Of a DNA stretch of 64,000 bases, positions 1-12,160 are shown piece by piece. The notes below the pieces were generated by a model. That model ran no database searches, was not told the DNA's origin, and saw only the letters and a list, made by a program, of their open reading frames with translations. The stretch is from Macrostomum lignano (taxonomy: Eukaryota), in NCBI GenBank assembly GCA_002269645.1, contig NIVC01002719.1:62001-126000 (forward strand). The letters run 5' to 3'. Position 1 is the first letter of the stretch, and each line of letters begins with the position of its first letter. The translations under genes were made by a program, and so were the position numbers.

Positions 1-313
1 TATCAGTACCCTACCCTAGCAACTCTAGTCTAGACTAGACGGCCAGAAATTAATTAAAACTTACCATAAAGACGCTGCCTCTTATCAGCCAGGAAAGCAG
101 TTGCTGCGGCGCTGCGTTTAGCCATTTTGCAAACAGAGAGCGTGAGAGAGCGAGCGGAGAGAGAAGGATTATCTCTCTACCCTGGCTCTGGGGGTCTGTA
201 TATATACCAAAAAATCTGCTTAGCTCGCCTGCTATTGGTCAAATCGCCAAAAACCAACCAAAATCATCAAAAATTACCCCCAAAATCACCACCCACCCCA
301 CCCTCCATCCGGG

Positions 314-322
314 GGTATATAA
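314..322 (+). promoter_or_regulatory. TATA box (GGTATATAA) upstream of the PC4-like ORF
   Basis: GGTATATAA lies ~40 nt before ATG 363. The same 9-mer precedes the ORF at 47081. Confidence 0.5.
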
Positions 323-362
323 GGCGCTGCACGGCTGTCAGAGAGCTCTCTGCTGCTAAATC

Positions 363-806
363 ATGTCTTCTATCTCTCTATACGAAAACGTTGTGGCGCG
401 GAAGCCCACATTTGAAACTGAACACAACTTGATTGAAATTCGGCGGCTCTACACAGACGAGGCTGGAGTGTGGAAGGACGGCTTCCCTGCAATCTACTTG
501 AGCGAGCGAGAGTGGAAGAAGCTCGAAGCTGCGCGCCCTGACCTGGAGGCTGCTGCCCGCCTTCACGTGGACAAGAGGGTCGTGTTGGGCAGTTTCAAGG
601 CTATCGAAGCTTCACAGGGTAGGATTCGTTTGCGGCGCAATTGGCTCAATCGGGATCCAAAGTTTAATTGGCGCTAAACGATCGAATTCACGCCTGAACT
701 GTGGCGCCGGATGTTTGCCTCCCGTTTGGACAAGCTCTTCAAGCCGGCACCCGAAGCCCCACCGCCTGCGAAGCGAGCCAAGACAGAGGACAATCTGCAG
801 GACTGA
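363..806 (+). pseudogene. PC4/Sub1-like ssDNA-binding protein, probably tandem domains, one in-frame stop at 675-677
   Basis: IEIRRLYTDEAGVWKDGFPAIYLSEREWKKL matches the PC4 pattern IDIRxxxxD.G..K.G..GI.L...W..L. Reading past TAA gives TIEFTPELWRRMF (second half-repeat) and an NLS-like PPAKRAK, ending at TGA 804-806. Confidence 0.6.
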
Positions 807-1339
807 CTTGACAGCATCAAACCCTACCCTTGGGGAAATCTGTTTGAAGAGGGTTGCTAATTGAGGCGTGCCGCATCCGTACAACGCGAACCCGATTTTG
901 GTAAGCTTAATTTCATATAAATTGCATATAAATTAGATATAATCTGTCTATATTGAACACTAAAATATTGTTCACTGTTAGGCTTTGGCGGGGCTTCGCA
1001 CTGTTTATTATTTGATTGCTTATTTCACTGGTGCTTGTACTTTTGTTCAGTCTGAGTGTACGTATCAAATTATTATTGTCATCGTGCTCTGATGTGCAGT
1101 GCGGTGAGTTTTAGTCCTGGGTTGGGGGGTTGTCGCGGGTTCGTGCTTTATCGTTGATAATAAATAGTTTCGCACGGAGCGTGGGCTCAGAGCTATCGTT
1201 TTCTCGTCTCATAGCAATTGCTCGCCTTAGCTTGTCATTTCCAACATTTACTTTGACAGATGTTTCGAGAGCGCTGATGAGGAGGAGACTGCCCTGGCTG
1301 AAGATCGCGCTCGAGTTTGACTGATAAGGGAATTTCTCT

Positions 1340-2130
1340 TTGTACTCTATTACTCTCTGCCTGCACTGTACTTGGGCCTCGCAACACACTGGAGGATCCC
1401 TCAACTTGGAGAGCTACCCTCTGGGGATCCACTAAAATCCCTCATTGGGGGTTGGGAGCTGCGGTAAAGTTTGACTGGAATTCTCTTTGTATGCGGTTTG
1501 TTACTCTACCTCCACTCTACATTGGGGCGGGATCCCTTCATCATTTGACACCCAGGAGCGCACTGTACATTGGGGGCGGTCTCTATTACTCTCTGCCTGC
1601 ATGCACTGTACTTGGGATCCCCCACAGTCCCTTGAATATAACCCTATTTGAGGCTCCATGGGAGGAATTCTCTTTGTATGCGGTCTGTTACTCTGCCCGC
1701 ACTGTGCAATGTGAGGGGTCCCTTGAATAATAAACCCTATTTGGAAGCCCCTGGCAGGAAAAACAGCTCTCCGCCCACACTGTACTAGGTGAGGAGTCCT
1801 AAACTCCCATTTGACACCTCGCCCCAACTGTACATTCTGGCGAGATCCCTTCAAGTGATAAAACACTCATTTGACACCTCAACCCCGGAGCGCACTGTAC
1901 TTGGGATCCCCCCTGAATATAACCCTATTTGTATGCGGTTACTCTGCCGTCACCGTACTTGGTAAGGGGTCCTTGATAACCCCCATTGGGGAGGAAAATA
2001 GCTCTCTGCATGCACTGTACTTGAGATCCCCTTGAAAAAAAACCTTATTTAGGGCTTGGGGAGGAATGGAATTTCTCTCTCCTCTCTGCCCGCACTGTAC
2101 TTGGGATCCCCCGGCCCTGGGAAGGGAATG
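1340..2130. repeat. Degenerate tandem array built on CTCTGCC(T/C)GCACTGTACTTGGGATCCC
   Basis: The motif (g)cactgtacttggg(atccc) recurs about 10 times with irregular spacing of roughly 50-120 bp. Confidence 0.75.
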
Positions 2131-2179
2131 CGGGGGCGTGTCTCTTTACTAGGGGGCCTGTTGCTTGTTTTTACTTTGC

Positions 2180-2640
2180 ACCTACATTATATGCTTAATT
2201 TTGCATACATATGTTGTATATGTCACAATTTTCCTGCATTATACTCAATTTGCAGTGTGTGTGTGTGTATTTTAGCCTATGCACCGATATATACTTTGTG
2301 CCTGTGGGTTAATATGCAAAATGTATTGTTTAAACTGCGCCTGCATTATATGCTATGTAATTTTCCCGCATTATACTTAATTTGCACCTACATTGTGTGT
2401 ATTTTAGCCTATGCACCTACATAATTTGAATCTAGAGTGTGTGCATTATACTTGTATCTACTGTGTATTTCCACCTATGTTTTATTCATTATTTCACCCG
2501 CTTTTCTGTCAATATATCGATAATATGCGCCTACATTGTGCGTTTTTTTGCTGCTCATATACCTATATGCACCAATATTTACACCTACCAATATGTTTTG
2601 CCTACTTTTTTATGTAAATATACACAATTTCACCTACTAA
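2180..2640. repeat. AT-rich degenerate repeat (ATATGCACCTACAT-like)
   Basis: Recurrent gcacctacat / atatgc / ttttagcctatgcacc motifs. Confidence 0.55.
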
Positions 2641-2674
2641 AAGTAGTTTTCACTAGCCTAATATCATTGACTAC

Positions 2675-2965
2675 ATATCGGGAGAGTGTACTGGGGAGAG
2701 TGTACTAGGGAGAGTGTACCTTTGGCTCGGGAGAGTGTACACTCGGGGCGCCTGCGGCATGGGCGCCTGCTGCATGGGCGCCTGCTGCATACATATCGAG
2801 GTACATATCGGGAGGGTGTGCCTGCGGCATACATATCGGGAGGGAGAGTGCGCACACATATCGGGAGGGCACCCCTGCGGCATGGGCGCCTGCGGCATAC
2901 ATATCGGGAGGGTCGCCTGCGGCTGGGGAGAGTGCACATATCGGGAGGGTGCGCCTGCGGCATGG
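2675..2965. repeat. GC-rich mosaic of ACATATCGGGAG, GCGCCTGCGGCAT and GAGAGTGTAC units
   Basis: Three short units are interleaved many times. This explains the spurious six-frame ORFs here. Confidence 0.8.
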
Positions 2966-3452
2966 GCGTCTGATTGGCGCCGCGCGCCTGGATGGCGCTT
3001 GGCGCCATGCACCTGCGGCGCGCGTCAGCCAATGAGAGGCGGGGTGGGTTGACACCCACCCCACCTCCAAAACGCCCGGAAAAATGCGTCATTGGTAGTA
3101 GCCTCTCTGTTAGGCTGTTAGGCTCTGTTAGGCTCTCTGTTACAATTCCGGACTGGTAATTTACGTTTTCTCGATTACCTGGACTCTGGAGGGGTAAAGA
3201 CATGATTCTTGCTCTGAAAGTACACAATGCAAATTCGACATATGTCCGAATTTCATGTGCCCTTTTGTCTCTTTGTTTAGGGTGTGTAATAACTTTCAGC
3301 TGCATTCCCTTTATTTTTACTTTTAAGAGCGCTTTACACTTGTATTAAGCTACTCGCTACTATATAGCAGTTAAAATAGTATAAATTTTTCATCAGATTA
3401 AAAAATTGTACTGCATCAATTAGAGTTAAAAGCATATTGTCCTTCTTTATAG

Positions 3453-4423
3453 ATTCAGCGAATCAAAAAGGGCCTGTTCCGTGGAGTGCACTAACTCGTG
3501 ATTTTCATCGGATGTCGAACTTCGAGTGCTGCGGATATTTTGTGCCGGAATTAAAAGATCCGTCGAATCTCAATCTTACACAGTGCAACGAGCTGCTAGA
3601 GGCAGATGTACAGTTCATTCTTCGATCTGTTCAGACCAACTCCTCTGTGAGTATTCCATTACTGTGATAGTGTCATATTGGCTTTGCTCACAAGTGAATG
3701 CATGTATATGGGACTTGTAGTTGGAGTTTAGTTGGTAGAACTAATCTTCCATTCTTGAAAAGTTTTCAGTTTATTGAAGTATTATTTATCCCTGGTTGAT
3801 TTCAAATGAGTCGAATTGTACAGCTTGAATTAAAATAACTTCACTTTAAAGCAAATGAGTACTAGCTAGCCTGCATTTATTAGATGTTCTTTTCGGCCAA
3901 TGTGAAAATGACAACTATCTAGGCAACGCTAAATGTAACTCTCTATTCCTATTAATTTTCGCCATAATTACAGCATGTAGAGGAAATATTCGCCAGCGCA
4001 CAAGTCAGCGTCGATGCAGGAAATGATGTCATCGTGGAGTGTGATGCCGATACAGCGCTCATCCCGTGCAATGCAGCAATCGGCAACGGTACGAACGCTT
4101 CCGAGCCATCAGATTTGATTCTCAATGCTACAGCTGAGAATGATGGTGTTAAGCTTACCTGGGAAAGCTTGGGTAGCTCGCAAATCACCACGACAGAATA
4201 CGCCGTAACATTGGCTGTCAGAAGCCCAGAAAACTCTTTGGAGCCTCGTTTCAAATTAGTCTACCGATGATTCGAAAGAAGTTGTAACGTCGGACTCCAA
4301 ATTTTCGAATCCGCCTTTGTTGGTTCCGGTGTCGAGTCGACGCTGTTGTTTAGATTGGCTGAGCGTGAGAAAAATGAAGATTGGAAGCCCAGCTTTGATT
4401 TTTCCGTGCAATTTGCACCACCG
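3453..4423 (+). pseudogene. Two exons (3453-3646, 3974-~4423) of a probable host gene with a fibronectin type III-like domain; in-frame TGA at 4268
   Basis: Acceptors tttatag and ttacag and donor gtgagt join in phase 0 (TNSS|HVEEIF). PSDLILNATAENDGVKLTW..Y.V resembles FN3 strands A-C. The frame stays open after TGA up to a gtaatt donor. Confidence 0.45.
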
Positions 4424-4470
4424 TAATTTCTTTACGTCCCGATGACAATTCAGGTGCTATGAGTCTAAGA

Positions 4471-4747
4471 CAGAGGTCAGCAACCTATTTCTGCTTGAGG
4501 GCCAAATAGAGATTACAACACATGACTGCGGGCCAGTGTTTGAGTAATAACTTCAGAACATATGTACTTTAACATGAGATGAAAGGAGAGGGGAGAGTAG
4601 AATAGATAAGAAGGGGAAGAGAGAGAATATGAGAGGTGAGGAGAGAGGGGGAGAGGGAAGATGAGAAAAGATGTGAGAGGTCTGTAGTCAGACGGAGAAG
4701 CTCTGAGGGCCGTATCTGGCCCACGGGCCGGAGGTTGCCGACGGGCA
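4471..4747. mobile_element. hAT-type MITE remnant
   Basis: Left end CAGAGGTCAGCAACCT; right end GGCCCACGGGCCGGAGGTTGCCGAC, typical hAT-MITE termini. No clean TSD. Confidence 0.5.
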
Positions 4748-5610
4748 AAAACACAGCCTACGGGCCGGTGGATGAATCCAAAACTTATATGGATTTCATG
4801 GTCTAAAAAGGTACCAAAAGCCTAATATATGAAGCCCAAAACACAAAAGGCATGTTTTCATAATAAAAATTTCTTTCTATTGTGTTTCCACTGATACTAA
4901 ACCTCAGTGAATGGATAATTAACTCAATACAAATTGGAAGTGTCAATGAGTACATATATTGTGCTATAAATTGTAAGCTAAGACATTTAGTTAAATCATA
5001 TTGCAGAAATTAGCAGTAAAAACTAAGCAAAAAAAGCTTTTTACAACATACCTACTATTGAAATCAATCATAGAGTTACTAAAAAACATGATAACATTTC
5101 AAAGGGGCATAGATAAATGGACACCTGTGGTCACAAAATATACATTTGCAATATTTTTTATTACAAGCAGTTCATGATCAAATATCAGATTTAGTATTTA
5201 TATGATTTAAAAAGGTCACAATATAGTGCTTCTAGTTACAAAGAACAAAATTCAAGGTTAAAAAGTGCATATAGTATAGAGAAAATGAGACTGATGAGTG
5301 GACATTAAATAGGGACAATGAGTAGACACTAGATCAGGAAGGCAAGCATTTTGTCTAAAAATTAAAATAAAGGACCCATTTCAAAGAAATTAAACTCGCA
5401 GAACAAGTTTTTTATTATGTCAGGAAAAAAGTAAAACCAACCATAGCTTTCTAGCTAGAACTGGAACAAAATTGCTAAACTTAATAACTATATTTGAGCA
5501 CTGACTTTTTATTTACCATTAGCTTAAGTTATATACCATACTCTGTAGCAATAAACTATAATCATATATACTATAGCTTTATTATAATCTTTATATACCA
5601 CCAATGTCTT

Positions 5611-5865
5611 GTGCAGATCCAGGAATTTCCTGAGGGGGGCAAGCCAATGCTTGGTTATCTCAGAGGTGTCTCCTTGGGAGCCAAGGTGGGTGTCTGAGTG
5701 CGAAAATGGGTGTCTAGGCACCAAAATAGGTGTCTAAGACTAAGTCTAACAGCCAAAATGGGTATTTAGGTTCCAAAGGGAAGATGGCCAAATAGTTAGT
5801 CAGGGGCAAAACAGTACAAGTTTTCTTGCTTCTGAGGGGGCCATGGCTCCCTTGCCCCTTGGCAA
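5611..5865. mobile_element. Truncated MITE related to the element at 25655-25834
   Basis: GTGCAGATCCAGG..GAGGGGGG start and a GGGGGCCATGGCTCCC motif shared with the 25655 MITE. The right TIR is missing. Confidence 0.35.
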
Positions 5866-5968
5866 TATTTCCAAGAAAATTGTTTGGTCCTTTTTTCAAT
5901 ATTTTCTATAGAGCTCTCTTTAGAATTACTAATTTAATACAATTTACGATAGGCATACATGATAAATG

Positions 5969-6923
5969 TGTGGTAGTTGCGGACTTCCACTAACGAATAT
6001 TTAAATTTTATAATAACATTTTATGGACCGTCCCTTTTGCCGCCGCCCCATTTCTGGCCCTATCCGTTCACCCTTTGGCGAATTCTATGACGTATTTGTT
6101 CCTTTTCTGGCATAACTGCCCTCTTTCTGGATTTTCGTGCCCTTTTTCTGTTTAGTTTTGTTTTTCTTTGTGTATCTCTGCGAAATTTTGCTCGCCAAGC
6201 TCTGGGCCTTGGAGTCAACGTCCTGTCCCCATTCTCTGGACCACCTTGCCCACCTTCTGCTCCTTTTTTGTTATTTAACTTGGCTCTCTCTCCCTTCCGC
6301 CCCCAGTTTGCCTTCCTTCCTTCTCCTTCCTCCTCCCTTCTCGCACTCGCCCCCCCTTCTATCGCTACATAAACTTAATACATAAATTTAATACTTGTTA
6401 TTTGTTCCTAGTTGAGTAAAGCCAAATACTAAGACTAGTGATTCGAATTTAACTAATTTAGAGACCCGCAACGCGGCTCCCCGGAACTTTCTGTCGTCTG
6501 GTCGACTCCGCTATAATAGTAATTTTTAGTGATTGGTTAATAAACTGACGTCTATTGTTCTTCGTTTAATACCTAATTAAGAGCCGTAGTTTATCTTAAG
6601 TCATTTGCCCGTGGGGCGTAAAACAACCAAGTTCTCATCTCAAAGAAAGCTCTGAGACTTCAACGTTCCGTAGTACGTAAATTAATTACAGTTGTGGCAG
6701 CGCTACTCTACTAACAGTAATCAGTCAAGAAATCGAAGTGCATTAACTACGGTGTCTGAGGACCCTCTCTGAACGCTCGCGCCTAACGAAGACCGCTCGT
6801 CTTCTTCGATCTTCCAGCTTCAATTCGTGCGAACGCAACGACGAGCGGTTTCGAAGAAACCCAGAGTTAAAAATCCGCAACCGCCAAGTCTACCATAAAT
6901 TTTCTTCCTCCGCCCCCACCTCA
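5969..6923 (+). mobile_element. LTR-like repeat family, copy A (approximate ends)
   Basis: Starts TGTGGTAG like copy C. Shares the core AGTCATTTGCCC(G/C)TGGGGC(G/A)TAAAA..CTCATCTC.AAGAAAGCTCTGAGA with copies B and C. Confidence 0.5.
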
Positions 6924-6934
6924 TGAACGTGACT

Positions 6935-7857
6935 TGTGACGATTTCGGTGACCAATTTTGACTGTCCGCGTGATGTTCTGTTTCTCGATTTTCCTTAGCT
7001 TGGTTTGAGTCCAGCCTTTCCCCCAGTTGGACTTCGTCCATCAGTTTTGTCCAATGTATATTCCACGCGGTTGCTCATGCATGCCCTCATGCTGAAGCTT
7101 TTGTTAAAACGCGCTCCTTACGGTAAATTTTGCGTGAAATCCATGATGTGAATTGTGCGCGTCCATCACCCAGTCCAGCCGTTGCTCCATTGGGAGAATC
7201 ATTTTTGCTGGCTATTTAAACCCCTTATTTTTCAGGTGAAATTGTAGTCTTCTCCTCTCCCCTTTCCCGCCTTTCCGATCTGTTCTGCGAATCAGTTCAT
7301 ACTTATCCGGCGCACCTAGTTTGTTTTAAATCTCTTTTGCATTCAGCACCCAGGCACCGCCTGCGACCATCATCTTCGTCTACAATTATATTAATTACTT
7401 TCGCCTGCTCAACAATAAATAATAATAACGACCCCAATAATAAATCCATACTTATTCGTTGATCTCTAAGCCATAACATTTTATTGAGTCATTTGCCCGT
7501 GGGGCGTAAAATAACCAAAGTTCTCATCTCAAAGAAAGCTCTGAGACTTATTCGTTCCGTAATACGTAAATTACGGTGGTGGCAGCAACTACCCTACTGA
7601 AGGTAACAAACTCAGCAACTCGACGCATTAGTTTACGGTGTCAAAATCTCTGGTGTTTCATCGCTTTGAACGACCGAACCGCTACACGACCGCTCTGCTA
7701 CGATTACGACTACCCTCCCCCCGGACTTGAGAACCCGGCAGTCAGAGTAAAAGGAGAAAGTTTTCCCGTTGAGATTCAACTGCGCGATTTTTCCGGTTTT
7801 ATTCGTGCGAACTCGACGTCGGCGGAAATCCAAACGTGGAATCCGCCCCACCTCACA
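6935..7857 (+). mobile_element. LTR-like repeat family, copy B (approximate ends)
   Basis: TGTGACG...CCTCACA ends; shared core at 7487-7760 including GACTACCCTCCCCCGGACTTGAG. No TSD seen. Confidence 0.45.
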
Positions 7858-8973
7858 AGTGTCAGCAAACTTCAAATTCGAAAAAAACTTTTTCTCCACC
7901 CCACCTCAATTCAAGAACCAGAATCGGTTCGGATTTCCAAGAAAAAAGCAGTAAAACTATTTACCTTTGTTGAATGTTTTACTGCCTTAACTTTGCACAA
8001 TTTTTCACTTTCTTTTTGGCTTTTGCCATTCAATAATCACAATTTTAAAACACTAATATCCCTCTAGTTTAGGAGACAAAAAGTTATACTTTAAAAAATG
8101 GTTCTGGTTCTAGAACCAGAACAAGCAATTATGAAGAGCCTGATTTTAACGTCCTTAGTACAACAAAAAAATGACAAGATTTTACTTAAAAACCGGTAAG
8201 TATTTTGGAACAATGTTTCAAGGGTTATAAAAACCTAGTTTAATATTTTAAATGGGTAGATGGTCAGTCTAAACATGTTTTCTACATTTTGAGACGGTAA
8301 TTTATAACAAATCGTTAAGTGAGAAATATTTGTCAATGCTGCTTCAGTAAATTGCTTTCTACTAGTGTTGTTCTTTTAGTGTGGATATTGATATTCATTT
8401 TAACAATAGTAAATATCAGTTTAAATTACTTTACTGATAGGTATAATCAAGGGAAGTGGCTATTCGCACGGTACCGTATGAATAATGGGTGTTGCTATTT
8501 CGCGGCCCAGTTCAGGCCGGGCCGTGAATTCGTCACTTATCTTAACATTAGTTCACTTGTTGTTTCAAGCAAATGTTTTGAGCTTCTTTGCTACGTTGAC
8601 TGTACTATGACGACCAATTTATATTCATTCGACAGTTTACAGGTCTTATTTTAGAAGCGATCTTACCTCTCCATCATGCGTGCGTATGAAAAAATTAAAT
8701 AGTGTAAGGCCTACTACTCGACGGGCTTGCGCCGAGAAAATCTATCTAAATCAATCGTGAAATGGGAAGCTTTTCCTGTCTTGCAGTTCATCATCGCAGT
8801 GTCATCTTTTTTTAGCAAGTTTCTATTTGCATAAATAATGGCAATTTCTCAGATGTGGCTCCTTACCCGGTGGGAAAACTCGTAGCGGCCCTCTGGCGGC
8901 CCGTGCGAGATTTGACGATGTTGTGGCGACAAGAGGAGAAACATAAATCCGTGTAAAATTTGGAATAGAAAGG

Positions 8974-10024
8974 AGTAGAATGCATGAGGGGGCTTCTGGG
9001 ACAAAATTTTTCACATCCCTCATAATCCCATTAAATCCATCCATATTATCCCTGACAGAATCAGAAAAAAGGGGGTCGCACTCGCTCACAAAACGTCCTC
9101 CATAATCCCATTAAATCCATCCATATTATCCCTGACAGAATCAGAGCATAACAGGTGTCCTACTGTTATGCTCTGAGCATACCAGCTCCAAATCCACCCA
9201 TAGCATCTTCGAAACAATCAGAAAAAAAATCTGCATTCTTCTCCCCACATTCAATTCGCAACGCGAAGCGTTGAAACCAGATCCCTAAAACTTGAAATCC
9301 CCTAACCCAGGTCCTTACCCTTTGAAAAAAATTAAATTCTCTATAAAAAATGTTTCCAGTTGTCTCTCCAGGTTCTTATTACAAAGCGCACGAGCCTAAT
9401 TACAAGAGTAAGTACCGATGCAAACTTGAATGCAGCGAGTACATGAGAAAATATTGGCCTGGCGTTGATATCAATGTACCTAATATTAATCTAGCTCTCC
9501 AAAGACACTGGTTTCATAAGTATGGAGTAACCTACGTAAAAGATTACGACAGCTACTATAACTTTGCAGAAATCATTAGGCAATTGTAGAATGTCGTTAC
9601 AATACGCTTTAAGACTTTAAGACTGCATTAATAGATATTTTTACGCATGGTATTTTGCTGTGTGGCGGGTGCGTGATAGCGGAATGGGTATGGCAGCTGT
9701 TTCTTGTCATAGCGCGAGCGGCGTGTGCAGCTTTTAAAGAAAAAAAGCTTTTGCCCAGCTTAAGCCTTAACTAGCTCAAAAGATCCCTTGCCTAGCTTCA
9801 GAAACGCCCATTTAGTTCCTTGTTTAAACCCCCAACCTTCTCAACCCCCCCAACTCTTTAACAATCTTCCTAGTTCTTTACTTGGCACATGCAATACATA
9901 ACCGTCCGTTTTCCCAGGCAACCCCAATCAACCATTAATAGAAAATACTGGCTATAAGTAGAAAATCTGCGGGTTTCCCTTCTAGAATTCGAATTCTAGA
10001 AAATTTTAGAATAAAAAGAAAATT
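8974..10024 (+). mobile_element. Truncated copy of a putative Polinton-like left end (paralogue of 44861-46927)
   Basis: Begins AGTAGAATGCATGAGGGGGC and is highly similar over ~1 kb to 44861-45878 plus 46814-46927. Contains AATCCCATTAAATCCATCCATATTATCCCTGACAGAATCAG repeats. Confidence 0.6.
9350..9589 (+). CDS. 79-aa Tyr-rich hypothetical protein, copy 1
   Basis: Open in both copies. The copies differ by 6 synonymous and 3 non-synonymous substitutions. Confidence 0.6.
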   Translation: MFPVVSPGSYYKAHEPNYKSKYRCKLECSEYMRKYWPGVDINVPNINLALQRHWFHKYGVTYVKDYDSYYNFAEIIRQL

Positions 10025-11680
10025 CACCGTGTAACAAAAATAAATAAAAATCTTGTCCTTCATTGAAAAATCGCTTTTTCTTAGTCTAGGTCAACTACTG
10101 AACCCAATTTAATCGCTGATTGCTTAAAAACTTTGGGTTGGCAAGCCTGACTTCAGTTATTTGAGATTATGTGTTTTGTTTATGCTAAAAGCTATGTTTT
10201 TTCCTATTGATTTTCTTTTTTCATTCACTGAATATTTTTTTCAACAGTAGATGCTCTAGAGTGCATGTTAAGTCATATATTGGTATGCCTGTGTGTTGAT
10301 TTGTTCATTTGCTAACAACGTGGTACATGTATGCTACTCATTGCAGCCATTCATTTCAAAACGAATCGTTCAACGTTATTGTTGCTGACACCATGGCTTC
10401 AAGGGGATGTAAGTACGGAGCGGACAGCTTCTGCTACGTGTGTGGCGAATTCTTTGCCAAGTCAGCAAAGAAACACAAGCTGGATGGGCGTGCTGTGGCA
10501 AAACAAGCGTATCAGGCGTACTTTGGTATGCCAGTAGGTGACCAAAACAAGCCCTGGGCTCCGCATGTGATCTGCGAGTACTGCTGCCGCACACTTGAAG
10601 GCTGGTACAGAGGGGAAAAGCGAGCAATGCCCTTCGCTATTCCTAGAGTGTGGCGAGAGCCAACATATCACCTAAATGACTGCTTCTTCTGCATGGTAGA
10701 CCCAACCAAGAGGCGCAAGGGGAAGAATGCAACCCCAATCAGTTACCCTGACATTCCGTCGTCAATGGCACCTGTTCCTCACAATGCCAGCCACCTGCCT
10801 GTACCTCAGCCTCCCCAGGCGGCATCTACAGAAGAAGATGTCTACTCAGATGAGTCTGAAGAAGAGGTTGCTCCATCATCAGACTGCAGAAGACGCCGGA
10901 CTCACTGTCACGAGATCTCCATACTATCCAAAGCAACAGGACATTAACGACCTTGTCCGAGATCTCTCTTTGACCAAGTCCAATGCAGAGTTGCTCATCT
11001 CGCGCCTGAAGCAGTGGGATCTGCTTGATGACAGTGTTCGCGTTACTTTTCAGCGAGAGCGACATCGGGAATTCTCAGCTTTTTTACGCTTGAGGACATA
11101 TTCTGCTACTGTCATGATGTCAAAGGTCTCTTCGAAGCTATGAAAGTTCCTTGCATCACTGACCAATGGCGTCTGTTCATTGACAGTTCCTGCAGAAGTC
11201 TGAAGGTTGTGCTGCTCCACAACACCAACCGGCTGCCTGCCATTCCTCTGGCTCACTCAGTGCAGATGAAGGAAGAGCACTTTAATCTAAAGGTACTGTT
11301 GGATGCTCTGAAGTACAGTCAGTTCAACTGGGATATCATCGGTGACTTTAAAATGATTGGCCTGTTAATGGGACTTCAAGGTGGCTTTACCAAGTACCCA
11401 TGCTACATCTGCCTCTGGGACAGCCGAGATACGAGCAACCACTACCGCAAGCGCAACTGGCCGCTGAGATCGGAGTATTTAGTTGGCCCACACAACGTCA
11501 AGTACGATCCACTAATCGATCCAGCAAAAGTGCTTATGCCACCATTGCACATGAAGCTCGGACTGATCAAGCAGTTTGTGAAGCAGTTGGATCAGACAGG
11601 CTCAGCTTTTGAGTACTTACAACACTTGTTTCCAAGACTTTCGGAGGCAAAGGTCAAGGCTGGAGTTTTTGTCTTGCTTT
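10025..11680 (+). mobile_element. Chapaev3 (CMC) transposon, 5' portion; transposase pseudogene from ATG 10393, frameshifted and 3'-truncated
   Basis: CAC terminus (CACCGTGTAACA). Motifs MASRGC...FCYVCG, YFGMPVGDQNKPWAPH, WREP..H..DCFFC, FIDSS.RSLK.VLLH, GDFK, TKYPC..CLWDSR and PPLHMKLG are all Chapaev3-type. Confidence 0.8.
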
Positions 11681-12049
11681 TAATGTTGAACTAAATATAT
11701 ACTGTATATATATTGACTGTTGACTGTCACTGGTCAACAATCACAAACTTTTTATGTAGAAAATGCGACAAAATATACTTATACCTTATTCTATCATCCT
11801 ATTAACAAGCAAAGAACTTAATGAGCATGAAATAAGAGCACACTCTTTTCTTAAAATCATTTTGCTCCGATGCTGCCGTCTGATAAATGTTGCCGTTCCT
11901 GCGTATTTTGCTGGTGGCAACCAGCAAGTGGCAACTATGCCTCTAGAAAATCAGCAGTACTGCTGGAAAAGTAGCGGGCATCTCACTGTAAATCAAGTAG
12001 TAGTACTGTACTGCAGTAGTAGTAGCGCCAGCGCTGCTGGTAAAGCGGC

Positions 12050-12160
12050 GGCATAGTGGCGGCATGCCGCTGGCATATCAGCACTTTTGGCGGAAAAGCG
12101 GCGGCATGCCGCTGGCATATCAGCACTTTTGGCGGAAAAGCGGCGGCATGCCGCTGGCGG
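12050..12160. repeat. ~42-bp tandem repeat x2.5 with a GCGGCATGCCGC palindrome
   Basis: gcggcggcatgccgctggcatatcagcacttttggcggaaaa is repeated. Confidence 0.85.

Noticed and set aside
3094-3102. GTAGTAG as a Polinton terminus
   Set aside because: No partner TIR, no TSD and no similarity to the validated termini.
2664-3305. Several overlapping ORFs on both strands
   Set aside because: Products of stop-poor GC-rich repeats, with no domain signal.
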